A DNA stretch of 63,981 nt from Aplysia californica (lineage: Eukaryota). Position numbers and translations under genes: made by a program. Shown one piece after another: positions 36,531-49,258 of the stretch. The stretch spans positions 593,273 through 657,253 of the forward strand of contig NW_004797712.1 in the NCBI RefSeq assembly GCF_000002075.1, read 5' to 3'. Position 1 is the first letter of the stretch. Each line of letters starts with the position of its first letter. The notes under the pieces were generated by a model. That model did no database searches and had not been told where the DNA came from. It saw only the letters and a list, made by a program, of their open reading frames with translations.

Positions 36531-38103
36531 ATAAATTATGTCCTCTGCTTTTACGGTGTCCTAGTCGTCCTGTATTGTTCATATGTCAATTCTGCCTGTG
36601 TTCCCATTTTTCTTTCCAGTTTGTCTTCACAAATCTTCCAAGTTCCATTCTTCCAGCCAGGTCAATTGTTCTAGCCCTCAAGTTCTCAGTATGTCATCTC
36701 TTGTGCATTGTTGGTCAATCTTTTGTGCCCCTACTCTCCACTTTTAAAAATTCCAACCCGCAGGTACATGTACTACTTAAATCTTTTCTTAAAATTCCCT
36801 GCTGTTGTTTCTGTCTTGCCACTGAAAAATTCCCCGCACTATGACCGATTATGTCGAGGTGCTTCTCTTTACTCAAACTCACCCCCACGGTACACGTGTA
36901 ATTTAAATTGGTCCTTCAAAAAACATTTCTTTAGTAGTCCACTCTGTCAAGGCGCCTGGCTCAGAAGGGGGGGGGGGGGGGGGGGGGGATCACGTCAGGA
37001 AACATTAAAAATTTGTAAAAGGGAGATCACAATTTGGATCCCACTCGAGTTCGAACCTATTCTTAAACGGTTAACTTTATTAGGCCTAGCTTTCTGCTAA
37101 TATAAATATTAAACGTAGTAATGTAGCCACGGGAGAGATTTTGTTTGTTTGTTGTTGTTTTTTTTGGGGGGTGGCTACCACTTACTTGGTGTTGATCAAA
37201 AGCTTCTCGATCTTCTTTTATTGATGGATAATAATATGGTGTGGTCTTTCTGAGTTTGAAATGCTCTTCTTAGAACTCAGAATCTATATCAACATTAGGT
37301 ACAATCTTTACGTTTACTTTCGAGGTTTTAATTCGGCAGTTTTGACTAGATCTAGATTTAGATCTAGCTAACGCACAATAACTTAAATAAAGTAGGCTAC
37401 AATCAACAGCAACTGCAAACTTTTCGAGGTCACGGGGTCAAAAGAAATTGAGGTCAAAGGTCTTTGCTTGGAAGGTAAACAAACTACTTCCCCTCTGGCA
37501 AATGAGGTCAATGAGTCGTTGTCGTTGACGGGTGAACGCTCACATTGTGTGGGCTGCTAACCTAGATTCTAGATCTAGATTATCAGTTTCTTCACAGTCA
37601 CCAAACAATTTTATTCAGTTGTGTAGGTCTCATTCCCATTCTGGTCTGTATATTTGTGTGTTTGTCTGTTATCTCGGCTAGATTTGACCTGGACGTTTAA
37701 TTCTCTTATGACACAGTGCCAATAATAGTGATTAGCCTGGAGACCGATCTCGACCAGTGTGCTATGGCATGGCATGGCCACGTCTTTCAAATTTGACTTT
37801 AGGAGTGACTAGAATCTAGGTTTTGTAGATCTTGATATCTAAACTAGATCTAGATCTAGACTTTAGATCTAGATTTCCGGGCCTAGATCTAGTCTAGTCT
37901 CTAAAAATAGGTGTTGCTCCCACTCCCACTGTACGCCAATGTTTCTTTCTGTAACATAACAATGGGGTTTGTATTGTAGTGTGCTTGATCTGGAAGCTTG
38001 ATCTTAGTTTTCATACTAGATAGATCTAGATCTAGATCTAGATTCTAGATCTTGAGATCTAAATTTGTGACTAGATGTAGATCTAGACCTTACACTTACA
38101 ATA

Positions 38104-39760
38104 CAGTCGAACCTGTGTAGGACGGAATTGCAAGGGAGCGAGAAGAAAATTCCGTCTTAGACAGGGGAATAGGGGAGATGGAAAGGGGCGGGGAGGGGGG
38201 GGGGGTTCAAAGGCCCAGCCGATGGGATCAAGGATCGCTTGTCCGATCGGCAAGCAGTGGTCAAAACTTCACATCTCTCAAGCGCTATCCTGTCTGATAA
38301 TGAATAATGAGATGCACCAGTCTTACTTTTTATCCAATTACGGGATGTCGACATTTCGCCGCAATTACGTCACAGCGTGTACCTGTGGAAAGTAATCATT
38401 ATTTCATAGTTTCGCGGCAGTTTGAATTCGTTTACAACTAGATTTAATTTAGTACGTTGCGAGTATGCCCCTGCCATTAACTTGGACGTGGAAGTAGAAC
38501 TTTGAGTGAGTAGGATGGTTTTATATATGGCGTGACAGTGAAGATAAAAATCTGATATCAGGTACACAATCGTTGTAAAAACCCAAAGATTGTTTTTAAA
38601 AAGCGTTACAATGTCTACAGTGTTTTGCTGATTCTTGTCCAAACGAAACTTGAATCCTGAAACTGCAACAGCTTGGTACCCCCTTTTTAAAATGTACATA
38701 GATAGTTCTTGCTCCTTGTTGACCGAGAGTAATTCTACAAAACTAGGAAAATTTATAGTCGTTTCAACACAGCAACACACTAGACACTTACTAAAATGTT
38801 TGTTCAAACTGGGCAGCCATTCTTCATGTGAAAGAGTGGGAATGAGCAAGACAGAGTCCGGTACAATAAAGGGAGAAGGGGAGAGGTTGAGTCGTTATAG
38901 TTCAACCTTCCCGAGTTCTCATTGACACGGAGGGCGCATTTACAAATTAATTTGGTTTCTGGGGCGTTCACAAAGTAATCGATCTTCTATCTTCTGTGTT
39001 ATTAATTTGTATTCGAATACGATTTGAGGCGAAACGATTTTCAGACTTTGACAGGTAGTCTCCTGTTGCATCATATGGGGCGAAACCTAATGCGCCCCCA
39101 ATTACCACCAGTGCTTGCATTTCCTAGGACCGCTGTTTGACTTATTAAAAACAGAAACGTTTGAACATCTCCTTTGCTTCTACCCTAAGCCCCCCACCCA
39201 TTGGTGTAAAGTCAACCAATGCCACCCTTCACTGCCATCATGTAACAACGATTCGAGGAACTCTCTTCTTGGCTGGCCGTACGATCAGGGCGGCAGGCAT
39301 TAGTCAATCTAATTTCACACCTCTGGCTTCTGGCTACCCAGGAAAGTTTTCGTAGTGGCTCACTACTCAAGCACTCTCACGGGCAGTCGTGAAATTTGAC
39401 ACCCACACTACACTGACCATCTGCATCGCTCAGGGTTCACATGATGGGGTAACATCTACCCCCAAATTGCACCGCCTACTCCCCTTCCTTGCCCGGAGGC
39501 ATGGCCATGACGTTAAGTTTAGAGCCGGCGGAACCAAACTTGCGAGTTTGTTTCAAATCAGGGCTGAGCAGGCAATGCATTTTCCATCTTAGAGAGGTAA
39601 AACCCCCGGAAGGGAGCGGATTTTTCTTTCCATTTCTGCGTTGGAGAGGTTTCCGTTTTATAGAATAGATAATTAAAGAGGATATTAAGGGGGGAGTGGG
39701 AAGATTCCATTAAGACAGGTTTCTGTTTTATACAGGTTTCGTTTAAGGCACGTTCTACTG
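38104..39760 (+). mobile_element. pogo/Tigger-like non-autonomous DNA transposon, copy 1
   Basis: TA|CAGTCGAACC...GTTCTACTG|TA ends; no transposase ORF. Confidence 0.7.
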
Positions 39761-41288
39761 TACTTGCGTGTCTTCTTCTTCTATGATGCCCATACATAAC
39801 TGTAAAAAGTGAGCCCTCCACATTCTTTTTTTTTTCTTCTGTCATCTACTAGTAGAATCTACATCTCGAAGTCTAGGTTAATTTAAATACAGTGGAACTC
39901 GGATTCAACGATGTCGCCGGGCCTGAACCAACATCTTGTTGAATCCGAGTGTTAGTAATACTAATAGCAAACATTAGATTTTGTGTAGATAAATACAGGC
40001 ACTGAGCAAGTAATGTATAAAGGGATGTAACAAGTGGTGCCTAAAATGCCTGCATATTATGAGCTGTGCAAAAAAAAAAGAAGACCGATTCGTTCAAATG
40101 CATGCCTGTGTCATCTCGATTGTGTGCCAAAAAGTTGTGTTGCTGTGTAAAGCCTAGCATATGGTAACGTTTGATTCCATAGACCAGTGCACAATTCCTT
40201 ACGTAGATCTACGTCAAGACCAGCTTATAATTGTAATAATTATCAGTTGCGGGGGGGGGGGGGGGGGGGCTGTGACGCATTTGTATCTACGACGTTCTGC
40301 GCCCAGACAGAACCCCCCCCCCCCCACGCACACACAGTTACACGAGTGCAGGCTGCCCATCCGACCTCGACACGTTGAGCGACCACTCCAACACAACAAA
40401 TGTCATTGACAATCTTTATTCATCTCGCAAGGAGAAAGTTGTCTTGGTCGTTACCAATGGCAGTAGATGTTACAAGAAAGATTAGGTACACTCACGCATA
40501 TGCACAACAAGACGGGATATTAGTAAAAATACATGTCTCACGTGCTGGGNNNNNNNNNNNNNNNNNNNNNNNNNNNNNNNNNNNNNNNNNNNNNNNNNNN
40601 NNNNNNNNNNNNNNNNNNNNNNNNNNNNNNNNNNNNNNNNNNNNNNNNNNNNNNNNNNNNNNNNNNNNNNNNNNNNNNNNNNNNNNNNNNNNNNNNNNNN
40701 NNNNNNNNNNNNNNNNNNNNNNNNNNNNNNNNNNNNNNNNNNNNNNNNNNNNAGTAACCTCACTGTAGTTGTAACACCTCTAATCTTCGGCACTTATATG
40801 ACCTTATTGTGTTGCAAGTGCCGTAAAACTCTTTACTAAACTAAACTCACTGCAGTTGGTACGAATGAATTTCTATATCTAGCTGTTCTTGTTTTTTTGG
40901 AAATGTATCGTTTACCGCAGGTTGATAGTTGAAATTTTGATGTCAGTGGGTGGCTATGGTCACTAAGCATTATTTCCGCCTTTTTTAGAATGTTTTACTT
41001 GTACAGATATTCAAAGCTACTTAGGTCTCTACCAATTGTTCTTGATGACTTTCTGATCAACCTGTTTATTTTAATGATGTGCTGCCTTCCCAAATTGCTA
41101 CCATAAAAAATGGCAGCTTGCACTGTATGCTTCCCGGGAAGTGGAGATTATTTCTGAATGCTACCAGGTCTGCTGGGTTAATAATATAGTTTATTTATAG
41201 ATTAAAACCCACTTAATAATAGGCTTATTTAAGATATAATATACATAACAATAGATTTATTTAAAGCATAAACACATTTTTTAGAATA

Positions 41289-42797
41289 CAGTCGAACCTG
41301 CCTTAATGAAAACCTCTGTAAGACAACGGAATCTACCCCCTATTCCACCCCACCCCCCCCCCCCCCCCCGAACCACCTGGAGAAACTAGTGAGGCACCTT
41401 TCTCTTTCAATTTCTGCTTTCACTTCAGTATGGCACTCTGTATCCTTACCTCTGTAAAACGGAAGCCTATCTAACAAGGAAATGTAAAGAGAAATTCCTT
41501 CCCTGCGGAGGGTTTTTACCTTTCTAAGATGGAAAATGCATTGCCCACTCAGACCTGATTTGAAACAAAACCATGAAGTTTGGTTCCTTTGGCTCTTATG
41601 AATGTGTACTGTAAAGATGGGGGCTCTCGTGGTCTAGAGGTTATGGTGTTGGCCTCTGGTTCAATAGGTCCTGAGTTCGCATCCTGACGGTGACCGAAAA
41701 TTTTCTAGTCTAAAATTTTCTCCTTTCACTTCCTTTCCTGCTCTCTAACCTTGTTCTGTCGTCTGCTTTCATCTCCACTTTCTGTCCCCTTCTCTAGGCT
41801 CCTGACTCTTTCTGCAGCCTTACTACTGCTACTTCTTGGCTTCTTCTTACTGCTGTCTCTCAGCCACACCCCTGATCTTGGGGTAGGTAAGGTCTAACAC
41901 CTAGCCTTCTCGGATAGGGTGAAAAATCTCAGAGGTCACATGTGCAAGTTGTGCACACGTTAAAAATCCCTTGGTGGTCCTAAATTAATGAGAGTAGGTT
42001 TCGGCTGCCACCGGGGCAAAATTAAAAATTAATTCCTACCTGAGTGAAAATGTTTAATGTGTCCTGGGCACTCACATGACCTTGCCTAATGCAGTTGTGA
42101 GCCCCGTAAAACACTTACCAAAACAAAGACAGTAGGCTTTGGCTCTAACCTTTACGCCATGCCACCAGGCAAGGAAGGAGAGTAGGGGTGCAATTTGGGG
42201 GTAGATGTTACTGCATCCATGTGAGCCCTTAGTGGTGAGAGAATCTTTGTTACATTCGTGGGAGGGGTGGCACTGGCTGACTGTCTTTATTACTTTGCTG
42301 GGGCGGGTGAAAGCAAAGAAGATGTTCAAAAGTTTCGGTTTAAATAGGTCAAACAATGGTTTCAAAATAAAATGCAAGCACTTGCTTGCCATAAGCTGAC
42401 AAAACCCTTTAAACAAATTTGCAGCAGTTTTGAGATAAAGAGGTTTTTTGTCAGCGTAACCATTTTAAAAAAGCGTTCTTCCGCATTTAAATTCTAATTT
42501 ATTAAAAAACTAGTCTCAGTTCCACTTTGATTTTTTTCACACAAGTAAGGTCAGGCTTTCGATTAGCAAATATAAAAAAATATGGTACCAAAAATTTTTT
42601 TTAAAAGACGTTTTTTTCAGCTTACGGCAGTTCTGACAACGGATACATAGAAATGACTCATGCCATCATTATCAGAGAGGATAACACTTTAGAGGTGTGA
42701 AATTTTGACCACTGCTCGCCAACCGGACAAGCAAACCTTATCGGAGACGGAATATTTTTTGGACTTCGATGTGATTCCATCTGACATAAGTTCGACT
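41289..42797 (-). mobile_element. pogo/Tigger-like element, copy 2 (inverted, interrupted by SINE A)
   Basis: Reverse-complement similarity to 38104-38310, 39115-39250 and 39430-39760. Confidence 0.7.
41619..42127 (+). mobile_element. Full-length SINE A (tRNA head, pyrimidine-rich body, Deu/Meta-like central domain, LINE-like tail)
   Basis: Pol III boxes; GGAGGTCCCGTG..GCACGTTAAAGATCCC-like core; flanked by CTTTGGCTCT repeats at 41587 and 42137. Confidence 0.85.
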
Positions 42798-43161
42798 TTT
42801 CTTATCATATTATAGAAAGAGGTAGGGGTAGTTCATGGCAATCTTTCAGATCTGCACATTTTATTCATATATTTGCTGGATTTGGATAGAAATAAGGGTT
42901 AGGGTAAGGGTAATAACCTTAACCCTTACCTTATGCCCCAATCCAGCAAATGTGAATAGAAAAACATGCACATCTGGAAGATTGCCGAATTTGGCAGAAC
43001 CATTTCACTGATCTGATGTAGATTCTATGCTTCCTGGGAGACCAAGAAAGTTTCTGAGTGTTGTAGGATCTTCTGGGGTAATAATTATATAGTTGTAAAA
43101 TGTGTAGAACATGCAGTAGATCCTGGATATTCACTGTGTATAAATGTAATTATTATTATTA

Positions 43162-43199
<38 letters not shown>

Positions 43200-44239
43200 T
43201 CTTGTGATCTGGTACTAAATTAGTAATAGTATCTAATAGGCCCAGTCTATCTCTATAAAAATAGTAGGGTGCCCTTTAGAGTTTCTAGATTGAATTTCAC
43301 TTAAGTTGTCAAGAAGTTTTGGCCTTTATGCAAAGAATAGAATAGTTCATTGAAACAACTGCGTCTTTGTCAAGATCTGACATGGTTTTTATGTTTGTTG
43401 AAATGCTGCTTTTGCTTCAAGTCAGAAAGCCCTCAACAAAAAGAATGGCCCTTATCAGTTACTACATAAAATTCTGTGGCAAGTGGGTCTAATGGTTTGG
43501 CATTATTATTTCTGATGATTCTCCAAGTTGACGTCTCCAAAATTTTTGCAAGTGGTCGAAAAGTTATTGTTGTTTAGTTGCTGTGCATAATTTAATGATT
43601 TACGGCTCTCTCTCAGTGTAAAGAAAAAGAGATGAGTTCATAAATTATGCTGTGTTGAAGATTCATGGCTGTTTTATGTTCTTTCCTTTCTTCCCTTTCC
43701 TACTTTGTATTTGTTAAAGTGACACACGTATGTAAACCCACTCCATGCCTTTCATTTTCATTATTGATTTTTTTGGTCCACTGGTGGTGTTTGTTTACCA
43801 TCCTAAGTGGCACTATGTTGCTGTTGACTCTACCCACTCTCCATTTTTTTTATTGATTTCTTTTACTTTTTTTTTTACATTTCAGATGTGTCACGGACCA
43901 CAGCTGTGGAAAAATATATATATTCTCTCCATCACCACCAGTGAACATCGAATGTACAGAGAAGAAATTTTGAGGTATCAAGCAAGGCTTGTCCATCTCC
44001 AGCCATTTGCTTGTGAAACATTGCTTTAAAAAAAATCTAATCAGAAACAAAGAACAGGTTGTGAATTGTAGCCCATGTGGGGCGCATTATGATCTACAGT
44101 CTGTGTTTGATGAAAAGAAATTCTATGCCATGAAAGCAATTCGAGCATGTTGTAGTACATGAATCTTGAAACTTCTAGACATCAAGTGCCAAGACAGTGA
44201 AGAAAATTTGTCTTAGTCTAGTGAAAGAGCCTTTTCACA

Positions 44240-45214
44240 ATGTCGCAAAATCGAAAGATGTGCGATCCCTTCTTATTTTTGCCGACCCGTATTTCGGTGA
44301 TTGTTCTGGCCACATTCCAGGGAGGAATTCTGGACTATTATCTCGTGAAGTACAATAACCACAGCTGGTATGCCTGGATTGCTGGAGACGTAGCCATTAT
44401 TTTCAGCTTTTTTGTTGCATTTTTTATTTCCTACCGTGAGCTGAAAATTTCGGCTCGTAACTCACATTTGCCTACGGAGCAGCATAAGAAAACAAACTTG
44501 CAGGTGGAAGCAAGAGGTTTTCCTCTGGTTTATTTTGCATGGTTGGTTTACTCTGTGATCTTAGCTGTGCGGGTTGCTCTGATTTACAAAAACTTTGCCT
44601 ACAAAATTGAGTCCGACATTTTCTTTGGGACAAACATGCTGAAGTTTACACTGGCCATGGCTGGGGTGCTGTTTCTTCTGCTTGTGGGAGCTCACCACTT
44701 TGCCATGCTGGGTACTCCGGCCCGGACCCACATCAATCTGTTGACGGGCATTGTCCCCTTTGATATCATAGACTGTGTGGACATCTTGAGCATTTTCTTC
44801 AACAAGGACAGTAAAGATGCCATGGAGCCAGTGTTTGAGTGGACCGTGATTGTCATTGCTTGCATCAACTTCCTCTTGCCCATCATTCCTCTTATGATGC
44901 TGAGTCATAGTCACTTTGGCGTGCACCCTATCTCGCAGAACATGAGCACGGTGCGCAAACTGATTCAGATCTTTGTGGTCAACACACCGCTACTGTCCAT
45001 CCGTATTCTGATGTGGCACAAGCAAGGGGAGGAGGTCTCGCCCCTCATTGTGAAGAACATAGTCATGATCATGGTCCTGGCCATGGATCTGTACGAGGGC
45101 GAGGAGGCGGAGAAGTCGGCTGTCGTCGTTGACGATGAGTACGATGACAGAGGCGTGTTCAGAGATGATAGGAGGGCTGAGAATCTCAACGTCCTTCGCT
45201 ACAATAACCTCTAG
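44240..45214 (+). CDS. TMEM121: TMEM121/CECR6-family multipass membrane protein, uninterrupted CDS, 324 aa
   Basis: Long ORF with 6-7 hydrophobic segments; motifs LDYYLV, WIAGD, GFPLVYFAWLVY, FDIIDCVDIL, VNTPLLSIR and IVKN resemble the CECR6/TMEM121 family. A strong acceptor (poly-T...TTTCAG) lies at 43885. Confidence 0.8.
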   Translation: MSQNRKMCDPFLFLPTRISVIVLATFQGGILDYYLVKYNNHSWYAWIAGDVAIIFSFFVAFFISYRELKISARNSHLPTEQHKKTNLQVEARGFPLVYFAWLVYSVILAVRVALIYKNFAYKIESDIFFGTNMLKFTLAMAGVLFLLLVGAHHFAMLGTPARTHINLLTGIVPFDIIDCVDILSIFFNKDSKDAMEPVFEWTVIVIACINFLLPIIPLMMLSHSHFGVHPISQNMSTVRKLIQIFVVNTPLLSIRILMWHKQGEEVSPLIVKNIVMIMVLAMDLYEGEEAEKSAVVVDDEYDDRGVFRDDRRAENLNVLRYNNL

Positions 45215-48059
45215 AACGATCATTGTTGGGGCAGGCTACTGGGTTTTTTAACTGTCAAACCTGCGTTTCTCTGTTTGAGAATACCTTTTAACTTCCTATC
45301 AATATAATGTACATGACTTTTATAATTTCTATTTTCCCTTCACACTTTTTCTCCAGTACTCAGATTTGTTACGATTGTCAGCCACATTGCTTTTTTTTTT
45401 CAACTGTTATGTATTCTTCCCTTCCTTCCTTCCCGTTATTTCTTCCTAAAATCTCCTCATACATACTTTTGTTTCTGTATTATCGATGAACTGGCTTTAT
45501 GCCTCTATATATATCTTGAGAAAGGTATCATGCATAATTATATACAAATTAAAGCACTTGTTGTCATTTTTATTGACTTTTGAGATAATCTGGTTTTCAT
45601 ATGTTTATTTGTCCTGGATCAATAGCTTATTTAGGGAGAATTTGCGTAAATTAATGAACTATGTGTTTTTAAAACTGATAACATTTTTAAAGTCTGAACA
45701 AAATCGTTTTTCGCATAGCTCCTAGACTCCTCATGAATTCTCATCCCTTCCAAAGCTGAATTTAATGTGTCAATGAAAACTCTGTCAAAGTTTAAGGTTA
45801 GTGTTTGAAAGTTGGACAGGAATTATAGATATGTATTCCTTATTGGCTGCATATGGATCTCATATTTCAATGGTAAAGTGTTGACATGAAAAAGCTGTGA
45901 GTGTGAGTTTAATTCCCAGTTTTACTCTGAAGGATGTTGTGTCCAGTAGAATTATAATTTACCCTCCTATTCTCTTCTCATTCATGCAACTGCGAATGGG
46001 TACATGACAACGGGTATGGTCAGAACATGAGGATTGTGATATTTGCCAATAACAGGCGACATCACTGTATGTCTCCTGTAGGAACTAAAATTATAGATTG
46101 ATGTGGACCGGCCAGCCAGGGGAGTTATTGTGAAGTTATGAAAGTTTTGTTGTTGAAAGTGATACCCGGCTATAGATAAAATATATGTTCACAGCATAAA
46201 TTTACTTTAAATACCCTTTCAGCTTTTGATACGCTGTGTAAAGACAGCGTAGTGATTACTGCTTTTTTATTAATATACATTGATTATAATAAACAGCTGT
46301 TTCTTCGTTGCTGTGATACATTGCAGGCTTTCCAGTGTTTTAGTAGCTTAAGATTGATGTTTACTAATCTACTAAAGGCACCAGCATAAAAATCTCTGAT
46401 CTCTGCATTATACCTGACCTCAGCTCGTACTACTTCAATGGAAAATTTATTTGTAAAGTTTCTGAACTTTAAAAAAATTGTCCATTGATTACAAAGGTCG
46501 GCTGTAGTTTTGCCTTGTTTGCCTTTAAGGTGAAATCAGATATATGTGCCAAGTTAACCATTGATTAAATGTACGTATGATCAGTTTGTTCTGCTCATCT
46601 TTTCATCATATCAATATTATTCATGTTTTTCATAAATGAGGGTTTAAAGAAATTGAAATGACTTTTTTCAGGAGCCTCGATATCGTGAGGAAAATTATGA
46701 TGACACTTGTTCGAAATGCCTATTGTTATTTTAGATGTTATCTGATCATTTTTTTTTTTGAGAAACTAGTGATGCACCTTTCTCTTTCAATTTCTGCTTT
46801 CACTTCAAAATGTTCACTGTTCAGCAGCAATCATCGAAATGTGAGTCAGTATGGCACTCTTCATATTGCATACATCATATATCAGTCAAGATATCAGACA
46901 AGAACCAAAGTGAGGGCCAGAATCATCGCTTTTACTGTGACTTCGTTTTGTGTTTTCAATACATTTAAGATGTGTAATTATATCCATTGTTTGAAAATGT
47001 AAAATGGCGTCGGTAGCCTAGTGGTTAGGATACCGTACTCGTAATCATGAGATTGCGAGTTCGGGGGTTCGAGCCTCAGCTCGGTCCGACGTTGTATCCT
47101 TGGGAAAGGCACTTTACACGAACTTCCCACTTGGCTCGGTCGTATCGGAGACGGACGTTATACTAGGAGGTCCCGCCCCTTAAATAACCTGATAGTATTA
47201 AACCTATACCATTATATGAAAATGTAAAATGTTGATCTACTTTGTGTATGATTATGAAATATATATGTGGTTGCTGAGATGTTTGACTCAAAATCTCCTT
47301 CTTCAAACCAACAGCTTTTAGAAAGTATATTTCTCAATTATTATTTGTTTTTATGTCTTCACATCACCACAGCTTCAGATCCTGTGATTTTTATCTCCAA
47401 TGTGATGAGCTACTGGTTGTCTATGATAAATGTTTACCATAGTACCTCCCACTTCCGTTTAGATTTTTTATAAATGAACTCTTCCGTTGGGACCTACATG
47501 AGTAAAATGATATCTTAAATGCTCTTCCTTTACCTCTCCATGTATTTTTTAATTTTTTTTTCAACCGTCTCAGACCTCTGGGTTTTTTTTCTTCTTCTAT
47601 TTCCGGATATTAGAATATTCTTTTTGAAATGCCCGTCAGTGAGCCGATATCTTCTTTACACAAACTCAAACTTCAGCTCCCTTTCAATTTATGTCCTTCA
47701 AGATGTGAAAGAGTTGCTACCTTTGGTCCCTTAATGTTGTATCTAGAATACAATCGGTCACCTTTGGTAGTCTGTTCTTTTGCATAATGTACTACTATGA
47801 TTATAGAGAAATTCTATAATGGTGTAACTGTGGTCATATTTTCTAAGAGTTTGCTGACGACATGAGAAAGGGAAAACGAATGGAAATGAAAGTTAAGAAA
47901 TCTTTTTAAAATGTGACTTAACCTTTACACAATATAAAACTTTAGTAAGTTTTATATTATATTCTTTTGCTTTATTAAAAAAAAAACCTTCCAAGTTGAC
48001 GTGAAATGGACTGCATTTTGACATTTAGAGATGTTCTGTACTATACACAGGGAGATGCC

Positions 48060-48106
<47 letters not shown>

Positions 48107-48821
48107 TCTATCACTCACTCACACATATTCATACATATATTCATGAATATCATGTACATACATCAAAACACATATATATATATATGACAAATATTTGTTT
48201 GCATGTGTATGTACTTCATGTATGTGTATGGTATGTGTGTTTATGTTAGTAGGTATTTGCGCATATTATAACAATAATAGATATGCTCAATATATTCCGG
48301 TGGATGTATATTGTAGTATTTACTTCCTTCTCACTCTCAGAGGTTTGGTCTTTCAGATAATTCTTTACACTATACAATGAAAGACTAAGTGTTTAAGCTC
48401 TATCCTGTGTCTGTTGGGTGAACATAAAACAGTGCAATACTGTTCTGAATAAAGAAAAGATTCATAAAAATTTAGGTTCATGAGATTCTTATCTTATAAT
48501 AGATCTATATATAATATTTTATATATATATATATTTTTTTGTTTTTTAAATTATTTTTTAGGCTGGTCTTTAAGGAACCAATGATCTGTGAAATGAAAAT
48601 ATTATAAAAGCATTTTGATTTGAGCTGTGCTGTTTAGGGTAGAAGCTCAGAACTCACTTTACAAAATTTAAAAAAAAAATTAAATTTTGAGTATGGAAGT
48701 TAGGCCCTACTTGTTAAATATGTGTGGCTCTGTTCCACTGTATCATATCTTATATTTTCTAGTCTTATGCTGGGATTTGATATTTGGGTATTCTTCACCA
48801 TTTAGCTTAGAAATTGTATAT

Positions 48822-49258
48822 GTGTCACGATGTGGTGCAATCAGGCTCTCGTCAATATTATTTGGGCATGTAGAGTTATTGGTATCATCTTAAAGCTTGT
48901 TCAGGTGTCTTGCTTTGGATGAAAAAATATCCATTCATCTTGAATAGAAGTCGAGATATTTGCAAATGAAGGAGGTTAGGGTCACATGGTTTCAGAGGTA
49001 AAATTAGGGAAAAAATGGCCGCCAAAGATGAGTTATTTCCTTAGCTTGAAAGTCCTTGGAAACTGAAAATTTACATTTTTTGTGCCTTTAATCAACGTTT
49101 TTCAGTAAAATCCTCACAGAAATGTGTTCTTTGAGAGCATGAATGGTGTTGAGCCAAAAAATAAAAATGAGATTAAAATTTATTAAACCTGCGGAAAAAT
49201 GCAAGCTTCTTCACTTTGATTATTTTGACGAGCGCCTGATTTCACCATGCTGCCTCAC
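48822..49258 (-). mobile_element. Sola1-like MITE, copy 2 (inverted)
   Basis: Reverse complement of 23498-23932; 4-bp TSD ATAT. A related fragment lies at about 26330-26590. Confidence 0.7.

Noticed and set aside
38370-38925. 159-aa and 96-aa ORFs inside the pogo-like element as a possible transposase
   Set aside because: No HTH or DDE motifs are recognisable.
47005-47090. tRNA-like sequences here and at 8874, 17435, 34625, 41619, 50640 and 54001
   Set aside because: They lack a complete cloverleaf and continue into shared repeat bodies, so they are SINE heads rather than tRNA genes.
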